Assembly: GCA_030141605.1 (NCBI GenBank)
Contig: JAQGDQ010000411.1
Span: 142,832-206,831 of the forward strand
DNA: 64,000 nucleotides
Direction: 5' to 3'
From: Tubiluchus corallicola
Lineage: Eukaryota > Animalia > Priapulida
Below, piece by piece: positions 1-11,965 of this stretch; positions within the stretch are counted from its first letter, which is position 1; each line of letters starts with the position of its first letter. The position numbers were made by a program, and so were the translations under genes. Below the pieces are notes generated by a model, which did no database searches, was not told the origin of the DNA, and saw only the letters and a list, made by a program, of their open reading frames with translations.

Positions 1-318
1 AAATCAGGAGATTTCAATGTGATGGTCAAAATCAGGAGATTTCAGTGTGATGTACAAAATCAGGAGATTTCAATGTGATGGTCAAAATCAGGAGATTTCA
101 GTGTGATGTACAAAATCAGGAGATTTCAATGTGATGTACAAAATCAGGAGATTTCAGTGTGATGGTCAAAATCTGGAGATTTCAATGCGATAGTCAAAAT
201 CAGGAGATTTCAATGTGATGGTCAAAATCAAGAGATCTCATTGTGATGTACAAAATCAGGTGATTTCAATGTGATGGTCAAAATCAAGAGATTGCAATGT
301 GATTGTCAAAATCGAGAG
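1..318. repeat. 28-bp minisatellite (AAAATCAGGAGATTTCAATGTGATGGTC), ~11 copies, truncated by window start
   Basis: ATCAGG recurs at 3, 31, 59... (period 28). Confidence 0.95.
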
Positions 319-384
319 ATTTCAGAATTTTTGGAAAATCCGACTGAACTACGAATCCATGGCTGCATTTCATTAGACTCCGTG

Positions 385-690
385 CCAAATCGGGAGCGGT
401 GGCAACCCTAAACTCTGGGCCGAATCGGGAGTGGTGGCAACCCTAAACTCTGGGCCAAATCAGGAGAGGTGGCAACCCTAAACTCTGGGCCAAATCGGGA
501 GTGGTGGCAACCCTAAACTCTGGGCTAAATCGGGAGTGGTGGCAACCCTAAAATCTCAGCCAAATCGGGAGTGGTGGCAACTCTAAACTCTGGGCTAAAT
601 CGGGAGTGGTGGCAACCCTAAACTCTGGGCCGAATCGGGAGTGGTGGCAACCCTAAACTCTGGGCCAAATCGAAAGTGGTGGCAACCCTG
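385..690. repeat. 35-bp minisatellite (AAATCGGGAGTGGTGGCAACCCTAAACTCTGGGCC), ~9 copies
   Basis: Direct tandem units; each contains TGGCAACCCTA, resembling a hAT/MITE-type terminus (TAGGGTTGCCA on - strand). Confidence 0.9.
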
Positions 691-1744
691 TGCACAGCAC
701 GGAACAAACGAGTGATTTCTTTGGACTTTTACTGTATTCACTTGATATGTAAGACTTACTATAGTGCACAAATAGAATCGTAGACACGTGTGGGTCATTT
801 TGTCGGGTTGTTATTTTTATGGTCATTTTATTTTATGCTAGAATATGGCATTTAGGAGCATTGAAGGTTCAGTCACAAGCAGAAGCCATTAGTGACAAAA
901 TACCGGGAAACAGGCGTAATCTTCTGCGTCTTGGGATTTCACTCACGGCTTAGCGAACTGCTGTAGTTTGGTCGCTGGTCAAGACCACTGACCTTAATTA
1001 ATACCCGCAATCCTTATAGACTAAATTCTTCTAGTGTCTTAATGGGTGTTGGAAGCGCTTGAAAGAGGGCTGTTTACCAGAATTTGATAGTGTTTAGTAC
1101 TTACTAGATTTAAGCGACGAAGAGTCGAGATCCACTTCCTCGCGCAGTTCATCATGAAGTAAACACTTTTCTGTCCCTTCATAAATAAAGTAAAAAATCA
1201 TTTTCTCTTCTAAATAAAGCGCAAAATATCCACGTTACAGTTTTGTATCGCCAACATACTGCTTTGTTTCGCGCAGAATTGGCAGTAAGGCTGTATAAAA
1301 CTTGTAAATTTAAACTCCCGCGATGACCGCCAGGCGCAGCACTGCTAGTCGTTTGAGAGAAGTTTAGATAACATTGCACAAAGTTTGAAGAAAATATTCA
1401 AGCATTCGCAGTATAGTTCGTTAACAAAGTAAAAGTTTAATTTTCTGTCGGTTGTCGATGAGATTAGATGTACGTTTTTAGATGAATCGCCGGTGCCCAT
1501 TGGGAAGGGGAGTCACGTGACATGTTACAAATTGGTGCGAATATTTCAAATTACTAACATTTTTTTAGTTACACAAATCTTTTAAGCGGGTAAGCGCAAC
1601 GCTAAGCAGTATAGCTTAGTGTGGAAAGTTTTTTGGGACGAATTTAAAATTGCGATTTATTTCCCTTTAAGAATGAACAAGTTGTTCGTCTGGCTGCCTG
1701 CTTGTCTACCTGTCTCCCCGTCCATCGATTTGCTCCTTCGTCCG

Positions 1745-2090
1745 GGTGTTTGTCTGTCTGCCTGCCTGCCTGCCTGCCTGCATGCCTGCATGCATGCATT
1801 CAGTATGTATGTATGTATGTATGTATGTATGTATGTATGTATGTATGTATGTATGTATGTATGTATGTATGTATGTATGTATGTATGCATGTATGCATGT
1901 ATGCATGTATGCATGTATGCATGTATGCATGTATGCATGTATGTATGCATCTATGCATGCATCTATGTATGTATCTATGCATGCATGCATGCATGTATGT
2001 ATGTATGCAAGCATGCATGTATGTATGTAGATACGTACGTGCGTACGTATGTATGCCTGCATGTATGATTGCATGCATGCATGTATGCGC
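1745..2090. repeat. Compound microsatellite (GCCT)n/(GTAT)n/(GCAT)n
   Basis: Pure GTAT run 1803-1885 flanked by GCCT and GCAT variants; source of the MYVC/HTYI ORFs. Confidence 0.97.
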
Positions 2091-2351
2091 CTTTCTGTCT
2101 GCCTCTGTCTGTTTTTCTGTTTCTGTCTGTGTAGCTTTTGGATCAAGTTTCTAAGATGGGGTCAAGCGACAAGCGGCCATTTCATTGATTTAATTCACGG
2201 ATACTATTTTAGCAACTGTCCCACTATAAGATTCCAGAACTTACAGGATTACTCAATAGCACTCGTCGAGTAACTGCACTAAATAAATGAGTAGAAGTAA
2301 GTGGAGTGGAGTACATTAGTTGTGACATTTTTTCAGAAATCTGATCTAAAA

Positions 2352-5300
2352 AGAGAATCTCTCTCCCAGGCAGGTTGTCCTGTATCCTTGTTGCATGCTC
2401 TACAGCAGCTGTAGCAGCAGAGATGTTATTGTTGCAAAGAGAATTGTTTAGCACACACAGAGAGAATCTCTCTCCCAGGCAGGTTGTCCTGTATCCTTGC
2501 TGCACGCTCTACAGCAGCTGTAGCAGCAGAGATGTTATTGTTGGGAAGTGATTTGTTTAGAACACACAGAGAGAATCTCTCTCCCAGGCAGGTTGTCCTG
2601 TATCCTTTCTGCAGGCTCTACAGCAGCTGTAGCAGCAGAGATGTTATTGTTGGGAAGTGAATTGTTTAGAACACACGGAGAGAATCTCTCTCCCAGGCAG
2701 GTTGTCCTGTATCCTTGCTGCAGGCTCTACAGCAGCTGTAGCAGCAGAGATGTTATTGTTGGGAAGTGAATTGTTTAGAACAGAGAGAATCTCTCTCTCC
2801 CAGGCAGGTCCTGTATCCTTGCTGCACGCTCTACAGCAGCTGTAGCAGCAGAAATGTTATTGTTGGTAAGTGAGTTGTTTAGAACACACAGAGAGAATCT
2901 CTCTCCCGGGCAGGTTGTCTTGTATCCTTGCTGCAGGCTCTACAGCAGCTGTAGCAGCAGAGATGTTATTGTTGGGAAGTGAATTGTTTAGAACAGAGAG
3001 AATCTCTCTCCCAGGCTGGTTGTCCTGTATCCTTGCTGCACGCTCTACAGCAGCTGTAGCAGCAGAAATGTTATTGTTGGGAAGTGAGTTGTTTAGAACA
3101 CACAGAGAGAATCTCTCTCCCGGGCAGGTTGTCTTGTATCCTTGCTGCAGGCTCTACAGCAGCTGTAGCAGCAGAGATGTTATTGTTGGGAAGTGAATTG
3201 TTTAGAACAGAGAGAATCTCGCTCCCAGGCTGGTTGTCCTGTATCCTTGCTGCAGGCTCTACAGCAGCTGTAGCAGCAGAGATGTTATTGTTGGGAAGTG
3301 AGTTGTTTAGAACACACAGAGAGAATCTCTCTCCCAGGCAGGTTGTCTTGTATCCTTGCTGCAGGCTCTACAGCAGCTGTAGCAGCAGAGACCTTATTGT
3401 TGGGAAGTGAGTTGTTTAGAACACACAGAGAGAATCTCTCTCTCCCAGGCAGGTTGTCCTGTATCCTTTCTGCAGGCTCTACAGCAGCTGTAGCAGCAGA
3501 GATGTTATTGTTGGGAAGTGAATTTTTTAGCACACATGGAGAGAATCTCTCTCCCAGGCAGGTTGTCTTGTATCCTTGCTGCAGGCTCTACAGCAGCTGT
3601 AGCAGCAGAGATGTTATTGTTGGGAAGTGAATTGTTTAGCACACACAGAGAGAATCTCTCTCCCAGGCAGGTTGTCCTGTATCCTTGCTGCACGCTCTAC
3701 AGCAGCTGTAGCAGCAGAGATGTTATTGTTGGGAAGTGATTTGTTTAGAACACACAGAGAGAATCTCTCTCCCAGGCAGGTTGTCCTGTATCCTTTCTGC
3801 AGGCTCTACAGCAGCTGTAGCAGCAGAGATGTTATTGTTGGGAAGTGAATTGTTTAGAACACACAGAGAGAATCTCTCTCCCAGGCAGGTTGTCCTGTAT
3901 CCTTGCTGCAGGCTCTACAGCAGCTGTAGCAGCAGAGATGTTATTGTTGGGAAGTGAATTGTTTAGAACAGAGAGAATCTCTCTCTCCCAGGCAGGTCCT
4001 GTATCCTTGCTGCACGCTCTACAGCAGCTGTAGCAGCAGAAATGTTATTGTTGGTAAGTGAGTTGTTTAGAACACACAGAGAGAATCTCTCTCCCGGGCA
4101 GGTTGTCTTGTATCCTTGCTGCAGGCTCTACAGCAGCTGTAGCAGCAGAGATGTTATTGTTGGGAAGTGAATTGTTTAGAACAGAGAGAATCTCTCTCCC
4201 AGGCTGGTTGTCCTGTATCCTTGCTGCACGCTCTACAGCAGCTGTAGCAGCAGAAATGTTATTGTTGGGAAGTGAGTTGTTTAGAACACACAGAGAGAAT
4301 CTCTCTCCCGGGCAGGTTGTCTTGTATCCTTGCTGCAGGCTCTACAGCAGCTGTAGCAGCAGAGATGTTATTGTTGGGAAGTGAATTGTTTAGAACAGAG
4401 AGAATCTCGCTCCCAGGCTGGTTGTCCTGTATCCTTGCTGCAGGCTCTACAGCAGCTGTAGCAGCAGAGATGTTATTGTTGGGAAGTGAGTTGTTTAGAA
4501 CACACAGAGAGAATCTCTCTCCCAGGCAGGTTGTCTTGTATCCTTGCTGCAGGCTCTACAGCAGCTGTAGCAGCAGAGACCTTATTGTTGGGAAGTGAGT
4601 TGTTTAGAACACACAGAGAGAATCTCTCTCTCCCAGGCAGGTTGTCCTGTATCCTTTCTGCAGGCTCTACAGCAGCTGTAGCAGCAGAGATGTTATTGTT
4701 GGGAAGTGAATTGTTTAGCACACATGGAGAGAATCTCTCTCCCAGGCAGGTTGTCTTGTATCCTTGCTGCAGGCTCTACAGCAGCTGTAGCAGCAGAGAT
4801 GTTATTGTTGGGAAGTGAATTGTTTAGAACAGAGAGAATCTCTCTCCCAGGCAGGTTGTCCTGTATCCTTTCTGCAGGCTCTACAGCAGCTGTAGCAGCA
4901 GAGATGTTATTGTTGGGAAGTGAATTGTTTAGAACACACGGAGAGAATCTCTCTCCCAGGCAGGTTGTCCTGTATCCTTTCTGCAGGCTCTACAGCAGCT
5001 GTAGCAGCAGAGATGTATTGCTGGGAAGTGAATTGTTTAGAACACACAGAGAGAATCTCTCTCCCAAGCAGGTTGTCCTGTATCCTTTCTGCAGGCTCTA
5101 CAGCAGCTGTAGCAGCAGAGATGTTATTGTTGGGAAGTGAATTGTTTAGAACAGAGAGAATCTCTCTCCCAGGCAGGTTGTCTTGTATCCTTGCTGCAGG
5201 CTCTACAGCAGCTGTAGCAGCAGAGATGTTATTGTTGGGAAGTGAATTGTTTAGAACAGAGAGAATCTCTCTCCCAGGCAGGTTGTCCTGTATCCTTTCT

Positions 5301-6018
5301 GCAGGCTCTACAGCAGCTGTAGCAGCAGAGATGTTATTGTTGGGAAGTGAATTGTTTAGAACACACGGAGAGAATCTCTCTCCCAGGCAGGTTGTCCTGT
5401 ATCCTTTCTGCAGGCTCTACAGCAGCTGTAGCAGCAGAGATGTATTGCTGGGAAGTGAATTGTTTAGAACACACAGAGAGAATCTCTCTCCCAAGCAGGT
5501 TGTCCTGTATCCTTTCTGCAGGCTCTACAGCAGCTGTAGCAGCAGAGATGTTATTGTTGGGAAGTGAATTGTTTAGAACAGAGAGAATCTCTCTCCCAGG
5601 CAGGTTGTCCTATATCCTTGCTGCAGGCTCTACAGCAGCTGTAGCAGCAGAGATGTTATTGTTGGGAAGTGAATTGTTTAGAACACACGGAGAGAATCTC
5701 TCTCCCAGGCAGGTTGTCCTGTATCCTTGCTCCAGGCTCTACAGCAGCTGTAGCAGCAGAGATGTTATTGTTGGGAAGTGAATTGTTTAGAACAGAGAGA
5801 ATCTCTCTCCCAGGCTGGTTGTCCTGTATCCTTGCTGCAGGCTCTACAGCAGCTGTAGCAGCAGAGATGTTATTGTTGGGAAGTGAATTGTTTAGAACAC
5901 ACGGAGAGAATCTCTCTCCCAGGCAGGTTGTCCTGTATCCTTGCTGCAGGCTCTACAGCAGCTGTAGCAGCAGAAATGTTATTGTTGGGAAGTGAATTGT
6001 TTAGCACACATGGAGAGA
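2352..6018. repeat. ~109-bp satellite, ~34 copies, with higher-order structure
   Basis: Unit GAGAATCTCTCTCCCAGGCAGGTTGTCCTGTATCCTT...ACAGCAGCTGTAGCAGCAGAGATGTTATTGTTGGGAAGTGAATTGTTTAGAACACAC; variant patterns recur at offsets of 1188 and 427 bp. Confidence 0.97.
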
Positions 6019-6328
6019 AGCTGTTTGGATCGATAGCAGTTGCTGTTCTCTTCAAAACGCTGTCACATTCAGCCGTGTACATGGCATACTTAGTGCTGTT
6101 AAGCGTTTTGGATGCTGTAGCCAGACGTCATTGACAACAAGTATAATCTGCTTGATCAAAGCATCGTTGGGAAGTGACAGAAATTCTCGCTGCTTCCGGC
6201 TTCCTTCTTTACCGAATTGTTACGAAATGTTGGCTAAATTGGCTTCTTTACGTTGTTGATCGTGAATTGTTTTTTAGAAACAATGCTGGCCTCTTTGTAT
6301 TCTGGATGCTGGCCTCTTTTTTAGAAGT

Positions 6329-6770
6329 GTCGAATGTGAATTGTTTTCTAATCAATCATAACTTCTTCATATTGTGGAATGTGAATTGTTTTATAATCAA
6401 TCATAACTTCTTCATATTGTCGAATGTGAATTGTTTTATAATCAATCATAACTTCTTCATATTGTCGAACGTGAATTGTTTCTAGAAACAATGCTGGTTT
6501 TTTTGGTTGTAGATGGGGAATTCTTTTTAGAAACACTGCTGGCTTTTTTACGATTTGGATGTTGAATTGTTTTTAGAAACACTGCTGGCTTTTTTATGAT
6601 TTGGATGTTGAATTGTTTTTAGAAACACTGCTGGCTTTTTACGATTTGGATGTTGAATTGTTTTTAGAAACACTGCTGGCTTTTTTATGATTTGGATGTT
6701 GAATTGTTTTTAGAAACACTGCTGGTTTCTTTATGATGTGGATATTGAATTGTTTTTAGAAGCAATGCTG
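6329..6770. repeat. Two adjacent ~45-bp minisatellites
   Basis: GTCGAATGTGAATTGTTTTATAATCAATCATAACTTC x3-4, then GAATTGTTTTTAGAAACACTGCTGGCTTTTT x5-6. Confidence 0.9.
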
Positions 6771-7224
6771 TTTTTTACGTTGTAGCTACTGTACTGTTTA
6801 GACAAGCAGTGTTGGTTTCTCTTTGTCATGGACATTGAATTGAAGCTGTGCTGTACTAACTGGCTTCTTTATGTTGTAGACTGTGAATTGTCAAGCAATA
6901 AGCGTGGCTTCTTTGCTTATTTCATTGGACTGTTCAATATTGTTGATTACTGTATTACGAAAAGCTTCTATTAACCGTTTAATTTACAAAATTATTAAGG
7001 AAATGTTTACATTCGCTGCATATGAGTTTACAAACTCAAACCAGGAACAAATCTGCTCCTTACGTCCATATGTGGTCAAAAAACTCAAGCTCCAATATCA
7101 TAACCTCTTTTATGACCCTAGTATGACTAGTGTTAAAAAGGGATTTTTCACTGGTTTGCGATTTAACCTCTTCGTACTCTGAAGCGTGTCCATGAAATGA
7201 AATACGGTTTTCGTTCATTTACAG

Positions 7225-7341
7225 GGTTCGGCGGATTCGAATTACAGCCAACCGTCGTCTGATTTATCACTGGATGAAGAGAGGGAAGCACTCCGACGGG
7301 AGTCAGAGAAGCAGGCGTTGTCGCAGTTGCAGAAAGCTAGG
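7225..7341 (+). CDS. CACNB: Voltage-gated Ca channel beta subunit, exon (N-terminal helix before SH3): GSADSNYSQPSSDLSLDEEREALRRESEKQALSQLQKAR
   Basis: AG/GT-flanked 117-bp exon; GSADS...SLDEERE..R..E.QA..QL.KA is the conserved Cav-beta motif. Confidence 0.95.
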
Positions 7342-7404
7342 GTGAGTGGCATGAAAACACCGTGAGCAGGCTCCATTTTGAAGGAGGCCCATCTACTAGA
7401 GTTA

Positions 7405-8288
7405 CTAGAGTTAACACCGTTAGGCTTTTTAACCAACCGTTTAACCGTTCCCGATGACGTCATACATACATATAAGGAAATATCGAACTACACGTGACTT
7501 ACTTTCTTCTTCTTCAAAATCTCATTCCATTTGTTGCAGGCATTGAGCTAACAACATTTATCCTCCCTCTTCTATCTACCCACCGCCAATCTGCAACTAA
7601 CGGCGTAAGTTCTTCTACTCCTAAAGATAGATTTGGTTGAAGTTGCTCAACATCTTTATTTATCTTAGATATTCAAATATATCTAAGATAAATATATATA
7701 TATATATCAAATATATATATATCAATGTATATCCAATATGTATATTGATCAAGAATCTGCAGACGATATTAGATGGATTAGTGTATCAAATTTTCAAACT
7801 AACACAATAAAAATGGATTTTCCCAAAAACTAGGTTAAACGAATCTTCAAGTAAACCAGTCAAAAACAGAAGAACATATTATTGCAAGAGATGGTAATCA
7901 GTCGTGGAAAAAGTGCAAGTACAGGGGCACTTTTCTAAGCACCGAAGATTAAAAGCAGAAAGCAACAAGCAATGCATGCTTTTCTTTCACACAGGAATGT
8001 ATTAACTAGCAAGAAATTAAATCTTAACGTAAGACCTCGAATATTTAATGCTTACCTTACCTCGTAATATACGTGAGTTCAAAACTTTTTGCGATTTACC
8101 ATTTAGATGCTTCTCGAGCAACCAGATTAACTGAAACAATGTTGTAAATAGTACAATTTTACGTAAGCGAGATGTTACTAACTGTGTACACCAACTCAGA
8201 AAAGATACGAGGTTTCATTTATACGTATACGTAGAAAACTTGACTAAGTAGCGGTTAAACGGTTAGTGGTTTTTAAACGGTTACACTA
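7405..8288. mobile_element. Putative non-autonomous DNA element with inverted subterminal AACCGTTTAACCG motifs
   Basis: AACCGTTTAACCG at ~7435 and its reverse complement CGGTTAAACGGTT at ~8252; boundaries approximate. Confidence 0.45.
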
Positions 8289-8619
8289 TTTAGAAAAATG
8301 TTCCGAAAATTATACTACAATAACATAAGAAGCAAGAACTCTGAAAGTTGAAATTTCGCAGCATGGTAATTATTACGACTACATTAATGACTGGCTGTGA
8401 TACGTTGTAGTTCCACTGGTTTCTACTGGCTGAAAAACTTTTGCATGTTAGAAAATTAAATGATGGAACAATGGCTACTATAATCATAAACAGAAAAACA
8501 GCCATGTTTACGTATAAAGCACTAAAGATATGACAGCAAAACGGTAAAGTAACCAACCCGCTTACAACATTGTCATCACCAGAGAAAATGAATAACTGAT
8601 AACGATTTGTTGCCAAGAT

Positions 8620-8830
8620 GAAATGGATCTTAATCTTCTAGATTTTGGAAATCTCTTTAAGGAAAAGTCTACAATGGCCACACAGAGACGTTTAAATGCA
8701 GAGGAACTAAAGACAAAAATTTTTGAGTTTTGAAACGAAATGCCCCTTAAACAAGTGAGAAACTGTGTCAGTTATTAGAAGAAATGTCTTCCTCTAGTTT
8801 GCAGTGAAAATGGTGAACAACCAGAGTACT
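8620..8830 (+). mobile_element. Decayed Tc1/mariner transposase C-terminal fragment
   Basis: Pieces translate to DLNLLDF...NAEELKTKIFEF*NEMP...VCSENGEQ, like the (SP)DLNPLDF...LK..I...W...G tail of mariner transposases; stops and frameshifts. Confidence 0.55.
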
Positions 8831-9178
8831 TACTCTTAATTTTAACAATTATACGTAATATTTTCCGACATTTCTTTTTGGTCAAAAGTTTACACATAGA
8901 CGACATATTCTTTACACATAGACGTCTCAAACATTTTAGGTGGCCGTTTTGCAAGGAATTTCAATTGAAGTTTTAGCACAGTATCACAGGAATAGCATAA
9001 GTGTCTGCTCGTTTCAAAATAAGTGGTATAATTACTATTAACCATTTTTGTGCTCATCAGCGTTTCTTCTAAACGAGAAATTGTAACTGAGTGTTTTGTT
9101 CTCAATCTGATAACTTTGTGTGTTTATTTGAAAATAGCATAAAACCCGTCTGTAACTCTGTAAAATAAACAAACAGGA

Positions 9179-9556
9179 AGCCCTTTCACAGTACCAGCTA
9201 TTGATGGTGATCGCAAAAAGGTCAAAGGTCGAGTGCACCAGACAACCCGTTTGTGCACACTTGACAAGCCCATATCGTTGCAATAGTAACAGCTTTAACG
9301 TCTAACTAGAACCTTACCTAGTTTATTTTTTCTTGTTTTCAAGCAAGATGCTGCTACTAAATCACAGATTAATACATAATTAAGTAAAGTAAAGTCTTTG
9401 TAAAACAATAGAAGTTACTGAACTGGTGTGGCAGACAGCTTTGCTTTACACACATGTAACGTGTCGATTGCATTTAAGATGCATTGTTGTGATCCACTTA
9501 ACCTTTGATCTACAGCAAATGCCTTAACGTGCCCAATGAAACTGTGAAAAGGCTTA
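9179..9556. mobile_element. MITE family A (TIR AGCCTTTTCACAGT-like), copy 1
   Basis: AGCCCTTTCACAGT ... ACTGTGAAAAGGCT; interior aligns with copies at 27.1, 53.6 and 63.4 kb. Confidence 0.75.
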
Positions 9557-9673
9557 TTTAGATGTACTAATGATTTTGTCTTGTCTAGTAAGTTCTGTAA
9601 CGACTGTAAGTTAGTAATAATTGAATGTTTTCTATGTTATCTGGTCTGAAATCTTGGAGTTCAATTATTTCAG

Positions 9674-9796
9674 TTCAAACCAGTGGCGTTTGCTGTTAGG
9701 ACCAATGTAAGTTATGACGGGTCAACTTGTGATGACTCACCGGTGCACGGGTACGCCATCTCATTTGGGGTGCGAGATTTTCTCCATATTAAAGAG
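9674..9796 (+). CDS. CACNB: Cav beta exon (SH3): [41 protein letters not shown]
   Basis: AG/GT, phase 0-0; [11 protein letters not shown] and DFLHIKE signature motifs. Confidence 0.97.
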
Positions 9797-9964
9797 GTGA
9801 GTTCACATGAAAAGCAGTCATGTTGTAAAAATATGGAGCATGTGGTTTGTTGAGGTTAGAATTCATTGCAGGCAGAAGTACAAGGTTATAATGTTTACTG
9901 GCAAAAACTTTAAAAATTAAACGTTTCAGTCACGTACAAACCTTGTACAGATTTTTAATGCAAA

Positions 9965-10565
9965 GCAGACACGAGTTATGTACAAACTTTGTACAGGCAC
10001 ACTTTGTATTATCTTGATTCTGTGAAGGTGGTTTTAATAGGGACACAAGTTATGTACAAGCTTTGTACAGGCACCAGGCACACTTTGTATTATCTTGATC
10101 ATGTGAAGGTGGTTTTAATAGGGACACAAGCTATGTACAAACTTTGTACAGGCACCAGGCACACTTTGTATTATCTTGATCATGTGAAGATAGTTTTAAT
10201 AGGGACACAAGTTATGTACAAACTTTGTACAGGCACACATTGCATTATTGCTATTCTGTGAAGATAGTTTTAATAAGGACACAAGTTATGTACAAACTTT
10301 GTACAGGTACCAGGCACACTTTGTATTATCTTGATCACGTGAAGATGGCTTTAATAAGGACACAAGTTATGTACAAACTTTGTACAGGTACCAGGCACGC
10401 TTTGTATTATCTTGATCACGTGAAGATGGCTTTAATAAGGACACAAGTTATATACAAACTTTGTACAGGTACCAGGCACACTTTGTATTATCTTGATCAT
10501 GTGAAGATGGTTTTAATAGGGACACAAGTTATGTACAAACTTTGTACTGGCACACATTGCATTAT
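9965..10565. repeat. ~81-bp intronic minisatellite, ~7-8 copies
   Basis: Unit contains near-palindrome TGTACAAACTTTGTACA; explains ORFs 9989 and 10225. Confidence 0.92.
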
Positions 10566-11831
10566 TATGATCTGTAAACAGTTTTTACCATGCAGTAAAC
10601 TTACTGCTAAACCTGTGTTGAGCCGTACTAATAATAATAAAACACGTGACTATTCCAGCAATTCGGTTTACTTCACTATCCATACGTCATTATAATTATG
10701 GCGCATTAATGCCAATGATTATTACAGCATCAACACATTAGGGATTTGTGTTGAAATAAAATGTAACAACATGCAGTAATAATTGGAAAAGTAAAATTGC
10801 TCATATAATAGAGTTATACTTTAGGAGAAAATGTGTCATTACAATGATGTCATTCCATCCTGAGATGTCTAGTTTTATGTACAGTATGTGCCACAATCAG
10901 TATGAGAAACGAAGTTAGTATCGAACCCGTGTGGTTTAAATGAAGCACACGTACGTGACCACTCGGCTGTGTGTACCGCCTATAGCAGTAGCTAATAGTA
11001 TTATTATGCATACATCCGTGTGACGCCATCAAATGAATCAGAATTCAACTTTCCTCCATTGTTCTGCCTAAAATGATCGTTTAGTTTATGACATTTGGAA
11101 AGAGAAAAATAGAGCATGATTATATGATTATTTATCTTATGTATTCACTAGTGATTTACGTGCTGATGAGGTTATGAAAGCGCTGTTAAAAGATCTTTAT
11201 GTGAAAGCAAATACTATATTAGTTAAGTTCTCTAAATGTTGTGTAAACACGAAAATATGTACAAATGTTCAAATTGTATGGGTGTCAACTTTACGCATGC
11301 GCACTATGGTGCAAGTTTTTCCCATGCAAGATAACTCACAATAACGCATTTCGTAGGCGCCTTAAAGAAGATGCAGCATAAGTGAAAATTTTTTGTAAAT
11401 TTTGATATTCCTATCTATGATGTTATTACACGAAAGATAACAGCTCCTTTATATATGGGCTAGCAGAAATACCTAATGATATAATTGATAAATTGTATGT
11501 TTACTCTGCGAATCATAATACAGTTATTTGGATGAACTGATACAAACAATGTTTTGAACTGATACAATCAACCGTTTTTATCATTTTAAAGGTGACTTTT
11601 ATTGGGTTTATGCCTCTGTGTTTTATATTTTTTAATGATTTGTCTTAATGTTTTATATCTGGATGTGTATGTGCATATGTAAATGTTTTATCAGTTTTTA
11701 TTGTAATTTTATAGTATAGCTGAATATTTTTTAACTTTTTATAATTTTTTGTAATGCTGTGTACTTTTAAATGTATGAAATAAATGTAAAATGATTAAAA
11801 TAAAAATAAAAGATATCTGGTGTGTTTGCAG

Positions 11832-11965
11832 AAATACAACAATGACTGGTGGATTGGTAGGTTAGTGAAAGAAGGCTGTGATGTCGGCTTCATACCGAGT
11901 CCGGTTAAACTGGAAAACCTTCGGTTGCATCATTCTCAACCGAAAGGTGGCAAAATTTACTCAAC
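11832..11965 (+). CDS. CACNB: Cav beta exon (SH3 to HOOK): [44 protein letters not shown]
   Basis: AG/GT, phase 0-2; [21 protein letters not shown] signature. Confidence 0.97.

Noticed and set aside
1619-6134. Many ORFs of 60-215 aa
   Set aside because: All are translations of the microsatellite and the 109-bp satellite, with frames changing between units.
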